From Peribolospora baueri (Eukaryota), in assembly GCA_029717555.1 (NCBI GenBank), contig JAMDHS010000031.1, positions 124,001 to 188,000 of the forward strand: a stretch of DNA of 64,000 bases, given 5' to 3'. Every line of letters begins with the position of its first letter. Positions within the stretch are counted from its first letter, which is position 1. Below are positions 56,274 through 64,000 of this stretch, one piece after another. The position numbers and the translations under genes were made by a program. The notes under the pieces were generated by a model, which ran no database searches, was not told the DNA's origin, and saw only the letters and a program-made list of their open reading frames with translations.

Positions 56274-57122
56274 CGGCGGTCCGCCCCTGAGAGACGTGAC
56301 AAGGGCCTACCACGGTCTTGGACGGGTCGGTGAGCGGGTCCAGGTTTTGACGAGAGACGGAGAGGTCAAGGTGAAGACGATAAAGATGTGGCGCAGGCCG
56401 GAATACGTCCGTCCGATATTGCGACCGATCGTGCAGGGTAAGAATTGGCAGCGCGGAGGCGGATGAATGGGGGCCTGTCGACTGGAGACCGGCGTGGGGA
56501 GGACGAAACCGACGAGCTGAGCTGCCCAGAGAAAACAGAGATGGTATCAACACGATTGGTCTATGCCCAGGTGTGAGTCGGAAGCCAACTGGGCGACAGT
56601 CGCCCCCGCGACGAGGCTGGAAATCACTCTGAGCCGGGAACTTCCGTCGCCAGGCACGTGACAGCGATGCAGACCACGTGGGACCGGCGAGGCGCTATCG
56701 ATGGCGGAAAGCTGAGTACGTCATGTTCTCGATCCATAAAGATGAGCGCCGGGGTGGTGCCTTGGACGAAGGAACCTCAAGATCTCGCTCAAGCTCATCA
56801 GCACGAAACGTTGCCTTGTCCTTGCATTTTTCACCCTGAAATGGGATATTGTCTCATTCACACTCAACAAAGATCGTTGTCATGGACAAAGAGCGGTCCA
56901 GTCCCAGGAAGGAAGTACAGTATATGAAGGGTCCCGTTCCCTTCCCGCTCTCCCTCCATCCTCAAGCCTTCTCCTCTCCCTACTTACTCCATAATCATCA
57001 CTGGCAAACCTTGCCCTTCTTTACCATCTCCCTCACTCCCTGCCGCCCCACTGCATCAGACTACAATGTCACCATGCTCTGACTCAGACGCCTGAGTCTT
57101 CGGCATTTTAGACACTTGGACG

Positions 57123-57287
57123 GTCAATACCATCGTCGTCGAGGACGGCTCGATCATCGAGTCCGGCACGCACGAAGAACTAATGGCGAGGAGGGGTCGT
57201 TACGAGCAGCTCCAGGCCAAGGGCTTCGTCGGACCCAGAAGTGCGGACGAACAAGGACTAAACCAAGGGCCATGCGGTGCTGAATAG
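57123..57287 (+). pseudogene. Isolated 3' fragment of an ABC transporter (end of nucleotide-binding domain, ABCB-like)
   Basis: Translates VNTIVVEDGSIIESGTHEELMARRGRYEQLQAKG...*, the post-H-loop motif of ABC NBDs. No Walker or signature motifs and no membrane domain upstream. Confidence 0.75.
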
Positions 57288-57320
57288 GTGGACCCAGGCG
57301 GAAAAAGGGCCGTCTGAGGG

Positions 57321-58166
57321 ACGAGAGTAAACATAGACAGCGTAGACCAGTCTAGCGCGACCGCTCTCTTCGCGAGTCCCCTTGGAAAAAAAGCTTTGAA
57401 ATTTTGCCATTCTGTTAAGTTATTCTCTCGGCCCTGCAAGTAGAGCGGCGTTACTCCTCGGCAAATCCCCCTCTTCCCTCGCCGACATCTTTACCGCCCT
57501 CGAAAATGAGCACCTCGCTCAGTTTCGGCACGCCCTCGTCAAACGGCATAACGGGCAAACGCTTTGTATTCTTTGCAAGATGCAAAAGCAGAGGGCACAC
57601 TCCCTGCGGCGATTCAAGGCGCGGTGCCCACCTTTGAACCTGTCCCATCTTTTCCGGGAGTCGGACGCAGCCCGCATGCAGGTCTGGGAAGATAAACTCC
57701 TACAAACGACCCTCCAAGCTCAGGATGCGTATTTCGCGTAGCATGTAGGATGCTATTTCGCGCCTGAGCTTGGAGGGTCGTTTGTAGGAGTTTATCTTCC
57801 CAGACCTGCATGCGGGCTGCGTCCGACTCCCGGAAAAGATGGGACAGGTTCAAAGGTGGGCACCGCGCCTTGAATCGCCGCAGGGAGTGTGCCCTCTGCT
57901 TTTGCATCTTGCAAAGAATACAAAGCGTTTGCCCGTTATGCCGTTTGACGAGGGCGTGCCGAAACTGAGCGAGGTGCTCATTTTCGAGGGCGGTAAAGAT
58001 GTCGGCGAGGGAAGAGGGGGATTTGCCGAGGAGTAACGCCGCTCTACTTGCAGGGCCGAGAGAATAACTTAACAGAATGGCAAAATTTCAAAGCTTTTTT
58101 TCCAAGGGGACTCGCGAAGAGAGCGGTCGCGCTAGACTGGTCTACGCTGTCTATGTTTACTCTCGT
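57321..58166. repeat. Long inverted repeat: arms 57321-57724 and 57763-58166 (404 bp each), 38-bp spacer
   Basis: The arm ends are exact reverse complements. Mirror ORFs 57451-57648(-) and 57839-58036(+) are identical, and all mirrored coordinates sum to 115487. No mismatch was seen in the segments compared, including homopolymer lengths. Confidence 0.97.
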
Positions 58167-58184
58167 TTCGATCAGCCCTATACG

Positions 58185-58600
58185 AGCGGTCCGGCATGAG
58201 ACGACGACGCCACACACGCCTCAGTCAAACGGCGTCGCAGAACGGTCCCGGGGCGTACTCTTCCCGACAGCGCGTGCTATGATGCTCGCGACTAATGCTC
58301 CAGCTCAGCTCTGACCAGAAGCAATGCGAGCTGCCGCTTATCTACGCAATCGCCTACCGACCAAAGGCAGAACCAAAACGCCGTATGAGCTCTGGTTCGG
58401 CAAACCGCCCACCTTCAATCACCTTCGCGTATGGAGGTGCAGAGCGTTCGTACACATCCCCAAAGAGCTCCACGAAGGCAAGTTTCAACCCGCGGCGTGG
58501 GTAGGTGCCATGGTCGGCTACAGCGAAACGAGCAAAGCATGGGATCTACAACGTGGAGACGCAAATACCGAATCGTGCGACGTCGTTTTCAATGAGGAAG
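58185..58600 (+). mobile_element. Degenerate Ty1/copia retrotransposon integrase fragment (end of rve core plus SH3-like domain)
   Basis: RHETTTPHTPQSNGVAER...ARAMM..NAPAQL*PEAMRAAAYLRNRLPT...TPYELWFGKPPTFNHLRVW.CRAFVHIP...MVGYSETSKA...DVVFNE. An in-frame TGA at 58312-58314 replaces the conserved Trp. No LTR, gag or RT seen. Confidence 0.92.
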
Positions 58601-59504
58601 TACGATGTGCGTCGCATTTCCTTTTTTTTTTCTGGCTTAGGCGTTTCTTGTTTCTTCACGCACTGACGTCGGCTCGTTCATTTTATCCGGGCACCCCTCT
58701 TGGCGTTTTGTTCTTCCTCGGATGACTAGGTCTGGCAAGTGGAAAGGGGCGTCATTACCCACTTTGTGATCAGCCCATCCTCCTTCAACCTGCCGTCCTG
58801 CCCGCTTTCCAACGTAAAGTCTTACGAACCTACTCAGAACGCCGCTATCCGCCTTCGCCTTCCCTCCTCGCAGTTGGCGGGCTTAATAAGCGATTGTAAC
58901 CAAGAGAACAAGGTATCGACCGGCTTTCACGCCGTTTGATTCCACCGTTGAAACCAGGGAGAGAGAGAGCGAATGGCGCTCCTTATATACAGCGCATCTG
59001 AGGATCGCATCCTTCCTATTGTTCCCATGCTCATGCACGTGCATACGGCTGCGGCAACTAGCAAGGGAGGCTTAACCGTCCCTTTCTTCTAACAGATGCG
59101 GTCCGTACACGTGCACGTTTGGACAAGACGGTCCCCTCGCACGTCGAACTACTCCGCCACCCTTACGATTTCCATGGCGTCGAAGGCGAAGGGAAACGGG
59201 GACGAGCTTCACCCTCTGAGACATGATAGGAAGCGGTGGCTTTCAACATTGCAACGGAGTGTTCGAGGGAAGGGCATGGGCATGGGCACATGTACACGTA
59301 CATGATCGAGTTATGAGAGCGTCGGGAGACAAGAAAGGAGGACGTCATAGGGTCGGATGGCCCCTCATCGTCGTCATTGATGTCAAGCTACCGACGAAGC
59401 GCACAACCGTCGACGACGGCGGAAGCAAACAATTAAAAGAAGGGAGATATAGCTGAGTAGCGTTCGACTGGTCGAATGTCAACTCGCAGCTCGCCTCCTC
59501 TCCC

Positions 59505-62363
59505 TCACGCCCCCAACCCGCCCGCCAACGCGCCCAACGCGGCTCCTTGCTCCGGGAATTCGCGAATGAAGCGCAATTGGGCGCGGGAGGCCTGTACAAG
59601 ACACGCAAAGCGAGCGAAGGGCCAGATGTCAGACAGTGGAAGCTGAGCCAGCCTCTCACTGACCAAAGCGAGCGACCAGGCCTTGGACAAGGAGGAGACG
59701 GAAAGGACGACTCACGTTTTCATAAGTGATAGCGTTGACCAGCTCCGGCTCCGTCCGGGCAATCTTGGCGCTCCGGTCGAACATGTCGATCGCCTCGTCG
59801 ATCTTACCCTGCTGTAGGCTCAGCTGGGCGAGCGTGGCTACAGCCACGTCGCAGTCTGGGTCGATGGCCAACGCCTCGCGGCAGAGCGCCTCGGCGGCCG
59901 GCATGTCCTGCTTCCACTGGAACAGAGCAAGCGCCTTGTTGATCATCGGCAGAACGTTAGGGCTCACGGACCTGTGAACGGGTATAGACAGATGAACGAC
60001 ATCAGCGAAGAGCGCTCCTCAAATCTAGGCAACAGGGTGTCAAGGCGACTCACTTTTTCCGCTCGATCTCGATCGCCCGGTCGAACTTCTCCAGGGCGTC
60101 CTGGAAACGTTGCTGGTCGAGAAGAAGCTCTGTGATCGCATATGGAATGGGAAAGTGACGATGTCAATAAGCGAGCCCTCCTTTCCGTCGATTCTGCGCT
60201 CCGACTCGACCCACCTCCGTAATAGTTGTACGCCTCGCTGCTCGACTCGAATTGCTTCAAAATCTTACGGAAGCTCGCCGTCGAGCTCGCCACGCTTCCC
60301 GTCTTGTATTGCGCGACGGCAAGCTGCACCTGGCTGAAGATGAACGTGTTGTCGAGCGAGGTTGACTTTTGGTAGTCCGTGATGGCAGAAGCGAACTCGC
60401 CGAGGATAAAGTGAACTGGCGAGGGGTGGCGAAGAAAGAGAAAGTATTGGGAAGTGTGAGGACTTCTCCTCGTGTCGGTCAGCCGGCAAGCCGTATCGAG
60501 TAGCAAGCCGCTCACCTTGTCCCCTGTGATAATAAATGTCTGGGTCGTCCGGGTTGGCTTTAATGGCCATGTCAAAGTCGTTAAAGGCGGCCTCCTTGTC
60601 GCCTGAGAACGAAGAGAAACGGAGAATCTGATCAGACGGTTTAATTCCCTTCCGCCGACTGCGACAACACAGGGCACTCACTCAGCTCCATGTGCACGCT
60701 GGCTTTCTTGACCCAGCTTTGAACGAATTCGGGCTTGAGCGTCGTGCTTTGCTCAAGGTCGACCAGCGCCGACTTGGCATCCCCGATGACGAACCTGACG
60801 AACATCGACGGAGCTTGTTCAGAATCGGTCTTCTTTCTCAGTCGCGAATGCACCTGGGTTCGGCAACGACTCACTTAAAGGTGCCCCGCATGTTCAGCGC
60901 CTCGGCCTCGGCGTCCTTCGTACTCAAGCCTTGCTCGAGTGACTCGTTGAAGAGAATTAAACTCTTGCCATAATCCTTGGCGTTCAGAGCATCGAAGGCG
61001 AGCTGGAGGGTACGATCGCCTTGGCTCGGCTCCGGCGGCAGCGAGGGACGTGGACGCGGGCGGAATGCCTCGAGGTAAGCGGAGACGAAGGTGGGAGAGG
61101 GAAGGCGAGGCTCGCGAGTCTACGAGCAGAAGAGAAACGGAAAGTGCATGTTCAGCCGTCGGGGTATAGAAGACCATCAACTCTGCCGGTCCAAGGCTCA
61201 CCCGAAGGATGTCGGCTGCCTTGCTCGTCGCCAGCTTTTTAAGAACACGCTCGACGCTGGCCGTCGCCGAATCGTCCTTGAACTGACCGAGGATGGCGAC
61301 GGCGGTAAAGTCTGCAGGACGATCCGAATAGAGTTAAGATCGCATAACTGACCGCACCCCGGATGCAGACAAAACTTCCCTCAACTCACCACACAGGGCC
61401 TCGAACAAGAGAGACCTCTTCTCTTCGTCATCCACCACGTCCTCGCCCTCCGTCGCCTTGGCTGCTGCCGCTCCACTCTCGTCCTCGCTTCCCAACGCCT
61501 CCCTAGCGACTCCTCTCCGATTAAGCGCCTTGATGTATTTGCGATCGAGCCTGAGCGCCTCGTTGCAGTCGTCCACCACCCGCCTCGGCTGGCCGAGGTT
61601 GGCATAACAGGCGGCGCGGTTCGAGAAGAAGACGGCTTGGGGGGCACAGGAGATCGCCTTGTCGTACATGGCAATGGCCTCGGTGAACTTCTTCTGGCCG
61701 TAGAGACGGTTGCCAGTCGCCTTAAACTGCTGGGCTAGAGAAGCGCGGCGCTGTCGCGGAAAAGAAGAAATGGGGAAGTGAGCACGTACGCAAGAGCATC
61801 GAACCCGCGAATGCACACATCACTTACGTCAGCGGGCAAGGCGGCGATGTCCGTCTCTGAGAATTTCGAGAGGTCCTCTAACAAGGGCGGTGGAAAAACG
61901 GAGGGGAGCCGAACGAGTGAGGAAGATGCACGACAGCCAATCGGCACAAATTCACAGACTCGGCGGTCCGTTCGCCGTCCTACTCACCCTCGCCCTCGCT
62001 GGTCTTGTCCTTTGGCTTGACCTCCTCCAGGAGCGGCTCATCGCCGGTCTTCTCCAACTGGTCCCTGCTACTGGCGCCGGACCCGGTCTTCTTCCCCTTG
62101 CTCTTCTTCTTCTTCTTCTTATCCGACTTGCCCGCGGCTCCCTCTCCCTTCTCTACATCCCCTCCGTTGTCCCTGCTGGAGGTGTAGTAGTAGTACCCAG
62201 CTCCGGCCGCGAGGAGGGTGGAGCCGGCGAGGAGGGAGAGGACGAGCGTCTGGTTCTCCTCCACCCACCGCGCGAGGCGAGAAGTGGTGGTTTGGACGTG
62301 CGTGGAGGCCGAAGAGGCGGCGTCCGAGGCGCGTGAGGCCGCCGTTCGAGCAGTGTCGGCCAT
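59505..62363 (-). CDS. TOM70: Mitochondrial import receptor Tom70, multi-exon
   Basis: N-terminal anchor [21 protein letters not shown] followed by a K-rich tract; TPR clamp FKATGNRLY...[54 protein letters not shown]. Confidence 0.95.
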
Positions 62364-62923
62364 GGTGGGGGTTGCGGATCGGGCGACGGTAGAACGGTGG
62401 CGCGATCGGCGGCGAGAAGAACGAACGGGCGAAGGGCAAGAGCGTCGATAAGCGGAGGTGATAGATGGATGGCGATGCTACAATCTCCGCGACGATGGTC
62501 CGTCTTCGGTCGTCCGCTGTCGTTCGGCTTGCGCTCTTATGGGATGCGGCAGACGCTGCTCTATGAAAGGAGGAAGAAGGTGTGTAGGTATGCCTCTCGG
62601 TCTCCTCTCTCCAGCGTCGTCCGTCTCCGAGACGCGTCTATCGCCGTCCCGCTTTTTTTCGATCGGACCGCCGTCAGCAACGATCCGGATGTCGGCGCCT
62701 TAACGCCGCCCTTCTCCGCGCCGAGCGCGTGCGACAGCCGCCTCGCGCACGCAATCTGATCGAGTGGTAGCCATGCATGGTGGTGGATGAACGGAGACGA
62801 GGGGGAAGACGTCGGCAGTAAGCCTTTCTTCTCCCTTTCCATCCCATCATCATCGACAGACGCACCTCCGTCGCGCCTCCGCTTCCGCCCCCCCTCACAT
62901 ACTCACCTTTGCTCCAGCACTCC

Positions 62924-63462
62924 ATGTCCGACAACGAGGCCCCCCCGCCGCCGGCAAAGACCGAAGGTGGCAGCGACCAGCTCAACCTTAAGGTCAAGGA
63001 CGCTGAGGGCGGCGAGGTCTTCTTCAAGGTCAAGAAGACCACCAGGCTTGGGAAGCTCAAGCTCGCGTATGCGGACAGGGTTGGAAAGTCGCCCAACACT
63101 GTGCGATTCCTTTTCGACGGTAACAGGATCGCGGACGATGACACGGCCGAGTCGGTGAGTTTTGCTGTGCCGATGGTCGAGGATCGAAGGAAGCTACAGC
63201 ACGACAGGGGGATCTGGATGCTGCTTTGGCAACACAAGTTTAGTCTCTGCTTTCCTGGGACGTCTGTCGTGCGCAAGGGGCTCCGGCGAGACTTTCACCC
63301 CGTGATCGTACCACCAACGTCTTCTGTCTCTTTGTCTCCCTCTCCCATTTTTTCTCCCCTTTTCCCCTTCCGGCTTCACTCATTTCGACTCCCTATCAGC
63401 TCGGCATGGAGGAAGGCGACGAGATCGACGTGCTCATCGAGCAAATCGGCGGCCGGCGATGA
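62924..63462 (+). CDS. SMT3: SUMO; exons 62924-63154 and 63400-63462
   Basis: QLNLKVKDAEGGEVFFKVKKTT.LGKL..AYA...VRFLFDG.RI..DDTAES|LGMEEGDEIDVLIEQIGG-RR*. Confidence 0.97.
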
Positions 63463-64000
63463 ACGTATGCTCCTCGGGCGGCCGGACCCACCTTCCAGCA
63501 TGCGCTCTCGTCTCGCCATCGGACGGGAGGTCCTTCTTCGCTCCCTTTTCCATGTTTCGGAAGAACGGCGGTCCTGGCATCTTCGAGACGTCCCCTCTGC
63601 TGGCTTCGGTGGCTGTGGCCGGCTTGTCTGCGGCGAAGCGGCTTGTGGAAGAGGCTCGAGTGTCTGGACCACGTCACGTTGACGGGGATGCGAACGGGCC
63701 GTCCCATTATCTTTCTTCGCCGCCTCTGACTACCTTCATCACCTCCGCTTTCTTCCCCGTTTGTGTGATCTTTGTCTAACTCCGATACGTCTCTTGCATG
63801 TAAAATTACTTTCCTCTCATACCGTGTGCCACCTCTCCCCCGCTTGGTTGAACCTCAACTGTCCTGAGAACCACCTGCCCTCTTCCTCTCTCACACATGA
63901 GCTTCCTCATCTACTTCCCAGGCCTCCTACCAATCTCCTTCTTTTCTCTCCTTCCTTCTTCCTTCTTTTCCTTCCTTTACACCGTCCTTCTGGTCACCCC

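Noticed and set aside
57321..58166. Inverted repeat as the TIRs of a DNA transposon or MITE
   Set aside because: No target-site duplication at the outer ends (GGG versus TTC) and no recognisable terminal motif; the arms look like coding sequence. It is not fully excluded until copy number is checked.
58312..58314. In-frame TGA in the integrase as programmed readthrough or a RIP signature
   Set aside because: The fragment is truncated on both sides and has other lesions, so simple decay explains it. One mutation cannot establish RIP.

Overview
This is eukaryotic, intron-rich fungal DNA. The protein sequences and GTGAG/GTAAG...YAG introns suggest a basidiomycete, most plausibly a smut relative (Ustilaginomycotina); that assignment is inference. 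About 20 protein-coding genes can be built by joining ORF pieces across introns. In order they are: TFIIIC tau55-like subunit, a Gti1/Wor1 (WOPR) transcription factor, PUP1, a GVP36-like BAR protein, a PIN-domain protein, COX19, SNF1, an EED/ESC (PRC2) homologue, SMC2, CDC9, RSM10, a tail-anchored FHA protein, HDA1/Clr3, VPS24, VPS34, beta-tubulin, a PTC7-like PP2C, TOM70 and SUMO, plus an orphan or decayed ORF at about 36.5-37.6 kb. The most unusual structure is a mosaic island between PTC7 and TOM70 (about 56.9-59.0 kb). It holds an orphan ABC-transporter 3' fragment, an apparently perfect 404-bp-arm inverted repeat with a 38-bp rearranged spacer, and a dead Ty1/copia integrase fragment, with promoter-like sequence on both flanks pointing inward. 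It is a candidate endogenous hairpin-RNA locus, but an assembly fold-back artefact must be excluded. Other notable points: about 1.56 kb without any sense ATG ahead of the WOPR gene; catalytic motifs on or beside 14-15-nt microexons (HDA1, VPS34); DFG read as DFS in Vps34; and two GC-AG introns. No rRNA, tRNA or CRISPR was recognised. Exon boundaries were read by eye and have no transcript support.
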